Positions 23,727 to 36,900 of a stretch of DNA of 64,000 bases are shown here, piece by piece. The position numbers and the translations under genes were made by a program. The stretch covers positions 22,198,001-22,262,000 of the forward strand of contig NC_087252.1 in assembly GCF_037042905.1 (NCBI RefSeq), given 5' to 3'. A model generated the notes under the pieces. That model did no database searches. It was given only the letters and a program-made list of their open reading frames with translations, and was not told where the DNA came from. This DNA is from Lytechinus pictus (lineage: Eukaryota). Position 1 is the first letter of the stretch, and each line of letters opens with the position of its first letter.

Positions 23727-25763
23727 ATGGTTAGAATGGAGAATGATATTACAATGAATATGATGTCTCTGAATGTAAGAGGGTTGCAAAATGCAGTTAA
23801 AAGGCGAAGTATTTTTAATTGGTTTAGGAATATGAAGACGGACATTGTTATGTTACAAGAGAGTCACAGCTCTTTAAAAGATGAAGTATTATGGACAAGT
23901 GAATGGGGTAACAAAATGTTGTTCTCCCATGGTTCAACAAACAGTAAAGGGGTGTTAATTTTGTTTAATAGTAGAGTAAATCTAAAAATACAAAGAGTAT
24001 TTAGAGATGAATCAGGGAGAGTTATATGTGTTCATGTGAATATTGAAAAAAATAGTTTTCTTATTTTGAATTTATATGCCCCAAATGTGGAAAATTTACA
24101 AGTACAGTTTTATAGAGATTTATTAAAAATATTAGAAACAGAATGGGATGGGAAGGAAAACATTATCATTGGGGGAGATTTTAACTGTATTCTAGATCCA
24201 CAACTAGACAAAAAAGGTGGGACACATTTGGTCAAGAAAAAGGTTGTGCAAAAGATAAAAGACATTATGGTCCCTTTTGAATTGATCGACATTTGGCGCA
24301 GCAGAAATATTAATCGTAGACAATTCACTTGGAGACAAAACACACCTCTTATTCAGTGCAGGCTGGATTATTTTTTAATTAACAGAGATTTGAAACAGAG
24401 TTAAGAAGGTGAATATTGTTAGTGCATTACGCACAGACCATTCAGGTGTGAACCTAGAAATACGTTTGAATAAAAACTTACGAGGAAAAGGATATTGGAA
24501 GCTAAATACCTCACTTCTCCTAGATGAAGAATATATTAAGGTTATGAAGGAAAATATCAATAATTGGAAAAAAGAGTATTCATCTTTGGAACCAAGAATA
24601 AAGTGGGATTGGATTAAGTATAAAATACGATGTTTTAGTGTGAAGTATTCTAGTAACGTACAAAAACAGATATCTGACATTGAACAACAATTAAGAAGTA
24701 AATTGAATTTACTTGAAAATAGTCTTGCCATTAGTGAAGAAGAGAGTATTATTAATCAGATAGAAAAGATAAAGGAGGAATTGATAGAAATAGACAATAA
24801 AAGAGTAGCCGGGCTAATGGTTAGGTCAAGGAGTCGATGGTACGAAAAGGGAGAAAAGAGTAATGAGTACTTTCTAGGATTAGAAAAGAAGAATAATGTA
24901 AAGAAGCTGTGTTACGAAATATATGTAGAAGGCCAGTTAATTACAAATTTTAAAGATATTTTATCTGCTCAAAAGCAGTTTTATGAAAAGTTATACACTT
25001 CAAAAGTAAGGTTTGGAGCTGGAGAACAATGTAATTTATTTCTACAAAAAATTTGTGTTCCTATGTTAAATATTGAAGAAAGGGAAAAGTTGGAAAAACC
25101 AATTTCTAAAAAAGAATGTAGAGAAGTACTGAATGATTTGGCCAAAAACAAGAGCCCAGGAAATGATTGTATCCCAGTGGAATTTTATTAAAGTTTTTGG
25201 GATGATTTAGAAGATATTTTTATGGAATCGATATTATACAGTTTTGAAATAGGAGAATTGTCAACATCACAAAGGCAAGCTATCCTTATTCTGATTAAGA
25301 AAGAAGGCAAAGATGAAAGAGAACTTAAGAATTGGCGTCCGATTTCTTTATTGAATGTAGATGTAAAAATAATATAAGGTTTTTGCCAAACGTATGTGTA
25401 AGTTTATAGATAAATTGATAAGTGTTTGTCAGACAGGTTTTATCAAAGGAAGATTTATAGTTGAATCCATCAGAGTTATTATGGATATTATGTTTTATAC
25501 AAAAATGCATAACATACCAGGGCTTTTTTATTCTTAGATTACGAAAAAGCATTTGACTCATTAGAATGGGGTTTTATGATGAAAGTACTGGCAAAATTTG
25601 GTTTTGGACCCAAATTCCAAAGTTATATCCAGACTTTTTACAACAATATAAGCAGTTGTGTTAGTAGCAATGGACATACCTCTGGATATTTTGATTTTGA
25701 GCAGGGGATTAAGGCAAGGGGACCCAATCTCCCCATATCTTTTTATCCTGAGTGTGGAAATAC
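23727..25763 (+). pseudogene. L1/Tx1 ORF2, 5' part (EN + start of RT), frameshifted
   Basis: SLNVRGL, LQESH, NLYAPN, GGDFN, RLDYF, TDH, GYWKLN, KSPG, NWRPISL; several stops and shifts. Confidence 0.9.
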
Positions 25764-27124
25764 TGTGAAGGAAACCCCCTCCCCCCTTTGTGAATAGAAA
25801 AAAAAAATATCAATATCATCTTAAAAAGAGATATGGAGTTTTGTTTGTTTACATCACGTAACTGAACGCCACATATAATAGTCATTGAATGAAAAGTTAA
25901 ATGCCGGCGATCAGCTGTTTTTACTACGTGAACTGTGACCTGAATTCCGGAAAGAGACTGGTGAATTTACTCGGATTAATTGTTAGTGTGCGCGCATACG
26001 TGTTAGCGCAGAGGAATTGGTATATTTCTGCTGAGTCACGCCATAATCGCGTAGAGCCAGCAGTACGATCTATTTATGGGACCGGTATGGTCTGTTATGA
26101 ATTTTACGAGCGTTTAAATAGCTCTAAGTCAAAATTAGAATCTTACCTTTTGTGTAGATTCCCCTGAAGTTGATGACAGCATTAATTTATTGCTGGAATT
26201 TCTTCATTCATGTTTGGATACTGTTATTTTCCTTTATTCTGAGACAATTACCGCCAGGATTTTGAACTCTTCCTTGGATCTAAAGCTCTGATGCGCGCAT
26301 ACGCGCACAGACGCGCTATCATTGGTATTTTAAAGTATTGAATTTGCATAGCATCCCGCCGCGTAATGTTTATGTGAAAAGAGTGGTTTTTAAAGCACTA
26401 AAATTACATAACAACCCGCCGCGTAATGCAATGAGCTCAGAAATCGCCAAAATCCTGGGGGGGCCAAAAGTCTATAAATAGGCGAGGTTTTCGAGAGTTT
26501 GTCATATCGTCTGCAAGCTCTTTTGAGTAGGACATTTGAAACTTAGAATCGATCACTCTCTCTCTCTCTCTTGAACCACTGTCCATTGTGTTCATATTCA
26601 ACTTGTGCATTCTTCTGTGAGTACATTACGTCATAATATGACACTTAGATTCATTCAGGGAATTCAGCGAGAATAATAATGAATTTTAGCTAGGAATTTG
26701 AAATCATTCGTCACCTTTTTGTGGTTAGTGACGATTTTTGGCAACCAATACTCTGTTGTATTTCTCATAGTCAGCTTGGATTTATCAGTTGTTCACAGAA
26801 ACTGGGCAGCTATTGTTATTCTTTAGCAGACGTTGATTGATTTGTCAAGTCTACTAATTGTTTGATAGATATTGTGACGGTTTTTGCCCCCCCCCCTTAA
26901 AAAAAAATCTCATGACGAACTATGCTGTTATGAAATGCTTTTATTGTAAATGATTATGTAAAGATGTCATGTTGAGTTGTCACCCTGTTATTATAAAATG
27001 AAGAATTAGTACTTACCTCTGATATTTTCAAGTAATAATGTATTTCACGGAAGCTGGCTGTTTGTCAAACAAGTTTTCGCAATCATCATTTTATACGTCC
27101 TGTGATAGTTAGGGTTGGAATTGA

Positions 27125-27310
27125 TTGTGACGTCATAGTGGTATTGGCCTTTGGTCGGCAGACTATGAGTGACGCGCATGCATTGTGACGTCATAGAAGT
27201 TTCACGTTGGGCGGGGTATTTTTGACCAATCAGGGGACAGGATTTTGGGGTATAAATATGGGGCGGGAGGCACAAATTCGGCACAACTTGTTCCAGTCGC
27301 CATCTTGAAA
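27125..27310 (+). promoter_or_regulatory. LTR Pol II promoter
   Basis: Two TGACGTCA (CRE), GGGCGGGG, CCAAT, TATAAATA at 27251, a second GC box, and downstream GCCATCTT (YY1-like). Confidence 0.7.
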
Positions 27311-27663
27311 GGTCACGGTCATCTCCATCTGTAAACAATTTTCTTTTCTTCTCAATTTCAATCTTGAACATCTCACACTGTAAGTAATCCTTTATCATGA
27401 TTCTATAGGAGAAAGAAATATGAGGTTGATGTAGACTGCTTCCTAAAATTGATTTTAAAGAATTTATAGGATGAAAGAAAGATTTTGTGAAGGAAAAATT
27501 GATTCTTGAACCCTGGATTTTAAAATGAGGGTTTTGTAAGAAATTTCATTCAAGAGGTACTTTAATATCTAATGAAGATAATTTAAATGATCTATTAAGT
27601 GTATGTTGAGATAATTTAAACTGAATTGTTGTATTGTTTTTGTCATTAGATTGGAACAATGGT

Positions 27664-28645
27664 GAAAATTTTCTAAGTGCCACTATTTTGGCCTTTTAGT
27701 CGAAAATTTTCTAAGTGTCACTATTTTGGCCTTTTAGTCGAAAATTTTCTAAGTGTCACTATTTTGGCCTTTTAGTCGAAAATTTTCTAAGTGTCACTAT
27801 TTTGGTTCTCTTACTTGGGACATGGATAGAAAACAATCACTCACTGCATTCATTGTATGTAATTATTTATTATAGAATCAACAACTAAATACAAGATGAT
27901 TCCAGCACCAGTTACGTGTAGGGTCTGGGACCCTGGCATTGTTAACAAATATCTCTGGCTTTAATTATTATAGATCTTGAACATTGAATTTATTATTTAC
28001 TCTTAGTCTTTTGGCTAAGCCCTGAAGTTGAGTGTGTCTCATAGTGCCTTAAATTCATGATTTGTACCAATTAATGTACAAATCGCCATATAATGTATCA
28101 TAGATAAAAATATTTTAAGTGTTGACATCTTGGTCATGTCATAGACCAGAATTGTCTAAGTATTGACACTTTGGTCATTCATGGTATGAAATATATTCTA
28201 AGTGTAGACACTGTGGTCATTTCATAGATCAAAATTTTCTAAGTCTAGACATTTTGGCCATTTCATGGAATGAACAATATTCAAAGTGTAGACACTTTGG
28301 TCATTTACATGTATGGTATAATAATATTCTAAGTATAGACACTGTGTACATTTCATAGACCAGAATTTTCTAAGTATTGACACTTTGGTCATTTCATGGT
28401 ATGAAAAATATTCTAAGTATAGACACTGTGGTCATTTCATAGATCAACATTTTCTAAGTATAGACACTTTGGTCATTTAAGGTATAATAATATTCTAAGT
28501 ATAGACACTGTGTACATTTCATAGACCAGAATTTTCTAAGTATTGACACTTTGGTCATTTCATGGTATGGAAAATATTCTAAGTATAGACACTGTGGTCA
28601 TTGTATAGACCAAAATCTTTCTAAGTATAGACACTTTGGTCATTT
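27664..28645. repeat. Two related tandem arrays inside the LTR (4 x 38 bp; ~13 x ~40 bp)
   Basis: Core TTCTAAGT..CACT.TTTGG; duplicated in the 3' LTR at about 34779-35760. Confidence 0.9.
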
Positions 28646-30500
28646 TGTATTACTATATGGATATATATTATTGTTGTGAATGAAATTATTTATGCTTACT
28701 AATTTTCAAGTATGATAGTCTTGTTGGTGTCACTAGTCCCCCTACCCCCCCCCCATCATCATAACCAGATGTTCCAGGTGCTGAGGAAAGTGACAGAGAA
28801 TGGCAATGTGATGAACTTATTGATGATCATTCGATGGCATTAGACAGAACATAAAGCAATTTATGATGAGATGATCATTCATTTAGGCCATCATGGAGGC
28901 CGATTATCTTTGATGATGATGAGCAGAGGAAAAACCAGGATTGAAGTACTTAGATGCCCCACCCCTCTCTAACTCCTTCCTAGTGCACCATCATGCTTAA
29001 TTTATTTAATGTTTACCTATGTAAGAGATACTAGAGTTTCGAATCTGAAAGAAATGGTCCAGGTTAAACACAGAAAGTTGGTTCTTAGTAAAGATTTCTC
29101 TTGCATAGTTTCTGGGAGATAGCATCTCTGAGGCCAGTTACTATAAGCGACGGTGATTGGAAAGTTTAGTAGGCATGGACCGACAGAGTGGTCGTGTTTA
29201 CATGATTGTGGCCAGTTATTTGAGTTCAGGTTTCGCCCAGGAGGGGAGTGTTGGAGTTGGTCTGGTTTTGAGACAATTGGAATTTTATATTAAAGGAAAG
29301 GTTGTGTTGTGCGCTGGTCGCATTAACATGTTTTAGGAAATTGTATGGGAAAAGAAGAGATAAAACTAACTAAGAAACTAGGATGGACTTGTTTGGAAGA
29401 CCGCGAGATATAATAACAGGCCTACTCGGAGATAAGCTATGGTATGAATGAATTTGAAATAGAAAGTAAGGAATGTGAAATTAATCTAATGTACCTTAGG
29501 CTTATAGAATTTTCACTTCTCTTGGGGTGAACCAGTTTACTATGTCGGATTGTCCTGAGCTCAATGTAAATAGATGTATAAACGTTGAAATGTAGCAGAC
29601 TACAAACAGCAATTTTATATTATTAAAGTTCAAGTTACATGTTATTACAAAGCATTCTTAGATTAATTTATTGCAGCACTGCCTGACCAATAGTAGTTAA
29701 GGTAAATGATGATGGAAGCCGTGTCATGAGACAGTCACGAGACAAGATTGAGAGTAAATTATTTAGCCAAAGTTTGCTTGATGCAAATGACCCTTTTAAG
29801 CCATCGAACCTTGCTTGGAATGGGAGAAGTACGAGACTGTAAAAGCGAGAGGCTAAGACAGTGCAATGAGAGGCCCGATACGAGTTGAGAATGGCTGCTT
29901 ATACATGGCCAGTCTAGTGCATGTGCGAGAAATTGTCAAAGTACGGAGCATGTGGTTTACGTGCATTGATTAATAGTACACGTGTGTATGACGAGAGCAA
30001 GTTGCAGAGATGAGAGAAAGACTGAGATGAATTCAAGTCAATTATTACAAATTATACCAATTAATTTAGTACAGAATATTTACCAAGAAGTCTTGAATTG
30101 TCTCTTGCTCAGTTTAAATGAAGCTTGTTGCACTTAAAACGGACATCTTGGTGAATTTTCTCTCCAGTCTTGTAGAGCTCAACGGATGAGCGGCCTGAGA
30201 TTGTAGTTTGAAAGCATGGTCTGGGGAAAATGAGTTAAAGGCCCAGGTACGCAAAACTCTTAGCCAATCAGTGGTATGCATTTCTGTCACGTGTGCATTA
30301 TGATTGATTGGAATTCTCGCTCTTGTTTAAGTCTTGTACTACTACGTCACTTGATTTTATGACGTAGTTTAACTTTCAAATTGGGATCAACTGAATACTC
30401 CTCAGTTGATCCAGGGGTCATGTCCCTCTAAAAACATGTGGTGGCAGCAAATACTTTTAGAGTCGTAGAGAGAGAGCCCTTGGGGTGGCCCGCGTCACAT

Positions 30501-30520
30501 TGGTGGCTAAGCGGTGGGAT
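30501..30520 (+). other. Primer-binding site, tRNA-Leu type
   Basis: TGGTGGCTAAGCGGTGGGAT versus the tRNA-Leu 3' complement TGGTGGCAGCGGTGGGAT (2-nt insertion). Confidence 0.8.
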
Positions 30521-30819
30521 GGCTAAATAATGTTTAATACTTCCTTTTAGTCATGTTTGAATATTAGAATTAGCATTGGTCAGGCATTGCTTTACAGTAG
30601 ACAAATACTAGCAGTAGAATTAAGATTTACTTAACTATTTTTCTATATACTATATATATATATATTAGACTTGAAGTCTAAATAAGGCACAAATAAGAAA
30701 ATTTTATTTCTATACAATGTACGAGACACACTTGACTAGCAAAATGCTATATAAAAAAAATATTTGGAAACAAATATTAAAAGAAAGAGAAAATTATTTT
30801 CTCTTTCATCTAGGTCATA

Positions 30820-31866
30820 ATGGACTTAGAAAATACAAATATTCCTGCAAATCCTCAAACTGAGAACGCGAGTAGAGACGACAGTCCAAAGCGTTGGGTT
30901 AATGATGTGGCTGACCCGGAGGTGGTAGTTCGTGTTGGAGAATTTGGTGACTCCATTCCAGTAGAGGGTCGACGAGAGTACACGTCACAGGAGTTCAGAC
31001 TAAATACTCAGTATGTGGACAGTACAGACCCTACGGAAGTGGTTGGACGCCCAAGTGGAATATCCTCACGAAGAGATGTACTACCCGAGAAGTTTGGTGG
31101 TAAAATGCCATGGCAGGATTATCAACGCCATTTTGATGTTTGCATGAATCTGAATGGCTGGAATGATTTAGAAGCAGGACAGTACTTGGCTACTAGACTT
31201 CACGGTCCAGCACTGAAAGTACTTAGTAGTTTTGCTGTGAATGAGAGGATTACTTACAGCAAATTGGCAAATCGGCTGGAGCAAAGATTTGGTCCTGGAG
31301 AAAACTCTGAAAACTTCCTCATCGAATTAAGAATGAGAAGACGTCGTAAGGATGAATCTCTGCAGGAGCTGGGGCAAAGCATCCGTGATTTGACAGGACT
31401 TGCTTATCCAGAATTAAACAGCGATGCAAGAGAACGCTTGGCTAGAGGGCATTTTTCTGATGCGATTGAAGAGCATGAAATCCGTGGAGGAATATTCCGA
31501 GCACACCCTAGCACTCTTGATGGAGCTATCCGTGCTGCCCTCGCGACAGAGTCTTTCATGAAGTCAGAGAGAGTGAGAGATCGCTTTAAGCCAACCCGTC
31601 AGATTCGTTCAATGGAGAGCAAGGTTGAACCAGTCCCTGTAGACGGAAATACAAAGAGAGAGATTCAAGAATTAAAGTCAAATTTGCAACAACTTACGAC
31701 AATGATTGAGAAGTTGGCAGTGAAACCTATAGTTTGTTATTTCTGCCAAGCACCAGGACACATTGTGAGAGATTGCCCTAACAAAAACCGAGCTCAGGGA
31801 AACGACAACAGGCCTTCCCAGTGGGCCATGGGACGGCCACGCCCGCAAAATGGTCCCAGGGCATAA
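30820..31866 (+). CDS. gag: Gypsy Gag, 348 aa, with CCHC knuckle
   Basis: Intact ORF; CYFCQAPGHIVRDC. Confidence 0.9.
   Translation: MDLENTNIPANPQTENASRDDSPKRWVNDVADPEVVVRVGEFGDSIPVEGRREYTSQEFRLNTQYVDSTDPTEVVGRPSGISSRRDVLPEKFGGKMPWQDYQRHFDVCMNLNGWNDLEAGQYLATRLHGPALKVLSSFAVNERITYSKLANRLEQRFGPGENSENFLIELRMRRRRKDESLQELGQSIRDLTGLAYPELNSDARERLARGHFSDAIEEHEIRGGIFRAHPSTLDGAIRAALATESFMKSERVRDRFKPTRQIRSMESKVEPVPVDGNTKREIQELKSNLQQLTTMIEKLAVKPIVCYFCQAPGHIVRDCPNKNRAQGNDNRPSQWAMGRPRPQNGPRA
31797..31840 (+). other. Candidate -1 ribosomal frameshift signal (gag->pol)
   Basis: G GGA AAC in the gag frame; pol is open in the -1 frame from here; GC-rich pairing segments follow. Confidence 0.65.
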
Positions 31867-33793
31867 ATGATTACTTGGAAGTGACTTTGCCTAATGCAAT
31901 TTGTACCATAAATGAAATTCAAATTGGCATGTTTGTTCCCATTAGAATTTTTGGAGTTACGGTGTTATTTCTTATTGATACGGGAGCCATGGTTACCGTT
32001 TTGAATAATCAAGTGTACAGAAGACTGTCGGAAGTCAAAACCGAATTACAGTCAACTCATGTTAAGCTACAGCAAGCAGATGGTACGCCTATAAGAGTAC
32101 ATGGAAGTCTCAACACAGAAGTGGAAATTGGTAGCACCCATCTAGAGGCTGAACTTGTGGTAGCTGACATTGAGAATGAAGGCATTCTTGGATTAGATGT
32201 TCTTACAATGACTGGAAGTATTATCGATTGTGACAAATTTGAGATGAACTGCAGAGGGGAGCTAATTCATTGTATTAGGAAGGGTGAATGTTCCCAAGTG
32301 AGACATGTTGATGTAGCCAAAGAAGTACCGGAATTTCTGAATGATTTACTGAGTAGATCAAAGACGAACATTGACAAGTCAGATCAACCTAAACTAGTCA
32401 AACTGCTGACAGAGTATGAAGATGTATTTAGCAAGGGCGATCATGATCTGGGGAGGACAGACAAGATTACCCATTCGATACATACAACCTGCGCAGCCCC
32501 TATCAGACAACGACCTAGACGCCCACCCATGGGACAGAGGGAGGAGATTGAGAAGCAGGTGCAAGATATGTTAGACAGAGGCATAATCAAAGCATCGGCA
32601 AGCCCATGGTCGTCGCCCATAGTATTGATAAAAAAGATGGCTCTAAGAGGTTTTGTGTGGATTACAGAGAATTGAATAAACAAACAGTCCGAGACTCTTT
32701 TCCCCTTCCAAGAATTGATGAGTCAATTGATTGCCTAGCAGGTTTTGCGAAATATTTTTGCACTTTGGATTTAGCAGCTGGTTATTGGCAAGTACCACTT
32801 GATGATGATGCAAAACTCAAATCAGCTTTTGTGGTGCCGGGTGGACTCTTTCAATTCGAGGTGATGCCATTTGGACTGTGTAATGCCCCTTCAACCTTTG
32901 AGCGTCTAATGGAAACCGTACTAGTTGGACTCCAGTGGAAAAGTGTACTAATCTATCTGGACGATGTAATAGTATTTGGTTCAACAGTGGAAGAGGTAGT
33001 AGAGAGATTAGAGGTTGTATTCATTCGACTTAGAGAGGCAAAGTTGAAATTGAAGCCCAGGAAATGTCACCTTTTTCAACTTGAAGTCTTATACCTTGGT
33101 CATGTGGTGTCGTCGAAGGGAGTGAGCACAGACCCATCTAAAACGGAGGCAGTAAGAAATTGGCCTACCCCAACTTCTGTCACAGATGTGAGAAGCTTCC
33201 TTGGGTTAGCATCCTACTATCGCCGATTCATCCACAAATTCTCTGATGTAGCCAAACCTATGACAGAACTAACTAGGAAGGATAAACCTTTTATCTGGAC
33301 GGAGCAATGTGAAGCTGCTTTCCAAGCGCTAAAACTTAAACTGACCACTGCACCAATCTTGGCATATCCACGCATAGGGAAAGGATTCCTGTTAGACACT
33401 GATGCAAGCAAAGATGCAATTGGAGCTGTGCTTTCGCAGGAGGAGGATGGAAGAGAAAGAGTAGTTGGGTATGCCAGCACAACTCTCAGCAAAGCAGAGC
33501 AGAATTATTGTGTGACGAGGAGAGAGCTGCTTGCTATAGTCTACTTCCTAAAACATTTCAGACCTTATTTATATGGTCAAGACGTGACAGTTCGTACTGA
33601 TCATGGAGCATTGAGATGGCTGTTAAACTTCAAAAACCCAGAGGGACAATTAGCACGTTGGTTAGAGGTTATTAGTCAGTATAAACTCACCCTCGTGCAC
33701 CGGGCAGGAAGACAACACTGCAATGCTGATGGACTGTCACGCTGCCCTTGCCGTCAATGTGGACAAGCTGAAGATGTCTGTAATAATGAATAA
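31821..33793 (+). pseudogene. pol: Pol: protease-RT-RNase H, one frameshift at ~32630, no integrase
   Basis: FLIDTGA; RFCVDYRELN, LDLAAGYWQ, MPFGL, YLDD; DTDAS, RELLA, TDH, NADGLSR, then stop. Confidence 0.9.
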
Positions 33794-33969
33794 GGAAATT
33801 CATTGATTAGCTTCTTGAGATATTGTGTATTTTATGAATTCATGTTTCCAATTTGTATGTGTGAATATATAGGTGGTTTACCATGTTAACTTTACTTGGA
33901 CTCTATATATGTATTATATTTTAGAATAAGAATGTTAATATATCCCCTTCGCTGAGGACAGCGAATTTT

Positions 33970-33981
33970 GAAAGGCGGGGG
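33970..33981 (+). other. Polypurine tract
   Basis: GAAAGGCGGGGG three bases before the 3' LTR. Confidence 0.75.
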
Positions 33982-33984
33982 TAA

Positions 33985-36900
33985 TGTGACGGTTTTTGCC
34001 CCCCCCCCCCCTTAAAAAAAAATCTCATGACGAACTATGCTGTTATGAAATGCTTTTATTGTAAATGATTATGTAAAGATGTCATGTTGAGTTGTCACCC
34101 TGTTATTATAAAATGAAGAATTAGTACTTACCTCTGATATTTTCAAGTAATAATGTATTTCACGGAAGCTGGCTGTTTGTCAAACAAGTTTTCGCAATCA
34201 TCATTTTATACGTCCTGTGATAGTTAGGGTTGGAATTGATTGTGACGTCATAGTGGTATTGGCCTTTGGTCGGCAGACTATGAGTGACGCGCATGCATTG
34301 TGACGTCATAGAAGTTTCACGTTGGGCGGGGTATTTTTGACCAATCAGGGGACAGGATTTTGGGGTATAAATATGGGGCGGGAGGCACAAATTCGGCACA
34401 ACTTGTTCCAGTCGCCATCTTGAAAGGTCACGGTCATCTCCATCTGTAAACAATTTTCTTTTCTTCTCAATTTCAATCTTGAACATCTCACACTGTAAGT
34501 AATCCTTTATCATGATTCTATAGGAGAAAGAAATATGAGATTGATGTAGACTGCTTCCTAAAATTGATTTTAAAGAATTTATAGGATGAAAGAAAGATTT
34601 TGTGAAGGAAAAATTGATTCTTGAACCCTGGATTTTAAAATGAGGGTTTTGTAAGAAATTTCATTCAAGAGGTACTTTAATATCTAATGAAGATAATTTA
34701 AATGATCTATTAAGTGTATGTTGAGATAATTTAAACTGAATTGTTGTATTGTTTTTGTCATTAGATTGGAACAATGGTGAAAATTTTCTAAGTGCCACTA
34801 TTTTGGCCTTTTAGTCGAAAATTTTCTAAGTGTCACTATTTTGGCCTTTTAGTCGAAAATTTTCTAAGTGTCACTATTTTGGCCTTTTAGTCGAAAATTT
34901 TCTAAGTGTCACTATTTTGGTTCTCTTACTTGGGACATGGATAGAAAACAATCACTCACTGCATTCATTGTATGTAATTATTTATTATAGAATCAACAAC
35001 TAAATACAAGATGATTCCAGCACCAGTTACGTGTAGGGTCTGGGACCCTGGCATTGTTAACAAATATCTCTGGCTTTAATTATTATAGATCTTGAACATT
35101 GAATTTATTATTTACTCTTAGTCTTTTGGCTAAGCCCTGAAGTTGAGTGTGTCTCATAGTGCCTTAAATTCATGATTTGTACCACTTAATGTACAAATCG
35201 CCATATAATGTATCATAGATAAAAATATTTTAAGTGTTGACATCTTGGTCATGTCATAGACCAGAATTGTCTAAGTATTGACACTTTGGTCATTCATGGT
35301 ATGAAATATATTCTAAGTGTAGACACTGTGGTCATTTCATAGATCAAAATTTTCTAAGTCTAGACATTTTGGCCATTTCATGGAATGAACAATATTCAAA
35401 GTGTAGACACTTTGGTCATTTACATGTATGGTATAATAATATTCTAAGTATAGACACTGTGTACATTTCATAGACCAGAATTTTCTAAGTATTGACACTT
35501 TGGTCATTTCATGGTATGAAAAATATTCTAAGTATAGACACTGTGGTCATTTCATAGATCAACATTTTCTAAGTATAGACACTTTGGTCATTTAAGGTAT
35601 AATAATATTCTAAGTATAGACACTGTGTACATTTCATAGACCAGAATTTTCTAAGTATTGACACTTTGGTCATTTCATGGTATGGAAAATATTCTAAGTA
35701 TAGACACTGTGGTCATTGTATAGACCAAAATCTTTCTAAGTATAGACACTTTGGTCATTTTGTATTACTATATGGATATATATTATTGTTGTGAATGAAA
35801 TTATTTATGCTTACTAATTTTCAAGTATGATAGTCTTGTTGGTGTCACTAGTCCCCCTACCCCCCCCCCCCCATCATCATAACCAGATGTTCCAGGTGCT
35901 GAGGAAAGTGACAGAGAATGGCAATGTGATGAACTTATTGATGATCATTCGATGGCATTAGACAGAACATAAAGCAATTTATGATGAGATGATCATTCAT
36001 TTAGGCCATCATGGAGGCCGATTATCTTTGATGATGATGAGCAGAGGAAAAACCAGGATTGAAGTACTTAGATGCCCCACCCCTCTCTAACTCCTTCCTA
36101 GTGCACCATCATGCTTAATTTATTTAATGTTTACCTATGTAAGAGATACTAGAGTTTCGAATCTGAAAGAAATGGTCCAGGTTAAACACAGAAAGTTGGT
36201 TCTTAGTAAAGATTTCTCTTGCATAGTTTCTGGGAGATAGCATCTCTGAGGCCAGTTACTATAAGCGACGGTGATTGGAAAGTTTAGTAGGCATGGACCG
36301 ACAGAGTGGTCGTGTTTACATGATTGTGGCCAGTTATTTGAGTTCAGGTTTCGCCCAGGAGGGGAGTGTTGGAGTTGGTCTGGTTTTGAGACAATTGGAA
36401 TTTTATATTAAAGGAAAGGTTGTGTTGTGCGCTGGTCGCATTAACATGTTTTAGGAAATTGTATGGGAAAAGAAGAGATAAAACTAACTAAGAAACTAGG
36501 ATGGACTTGTTTGGAAGACCGCGAGATATAATAACAGGCCTACTCGGAGATAAGCTATGGTATGAATGAATTTGAAATAGAAAGTAAGGAATGTGAAATT
36601 AATCTAATGTACCTTAGGCTTATAGAATTTTCACTTCTCTTGGGGTGAACCAGTTTACTATGTCGGATTGTCCTGAGCTCAATGTAAATAGATGTATAAA
36701 CGTTGAAATGTAGCAGACTACAAACAGCAATTTTATATTATTAAAGTTCAAGTTACATGTTATTACAAAGCATTCTTAGATTAATTTATTGCAGCACTGC
36801 CTGACCAATAGTAGTTAAGGTAAATGATGATGGAAGCCGTGTCATGAGACAGTCACGAGACAAGATTGAGAGTAAATTATTTAGCCAAAGTTTGCTTGAT

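Larger units (their letters stand above)
26873..30499 (+). repeat. 5' LTR, 3627 bp
   Basis: TGTGACG...CGTCACA; direct repeat of 33985-37617. Confidence 0.95.

Noticed and set aside
27045..27398. Duplicated 117-aa ORF (also 34160-34513)
   Set aside because: Antisense across the LTR promoter with no recognisable motif; duplicated only because the LTR is.
27664..28645. CRISPR-like repeat/spacer appearance
   Set aside because: The spacers are short, related to each other and recur in higher-order units; the array lies inside a eukaryotic LTR with no cas genes.
32627..32640. Second programmed frameshift at A AAA AAG in pol
   Set aside because: It falls in the conserved KKKDG motif within an A-run; a small deletion or homopolymer error is more likely.
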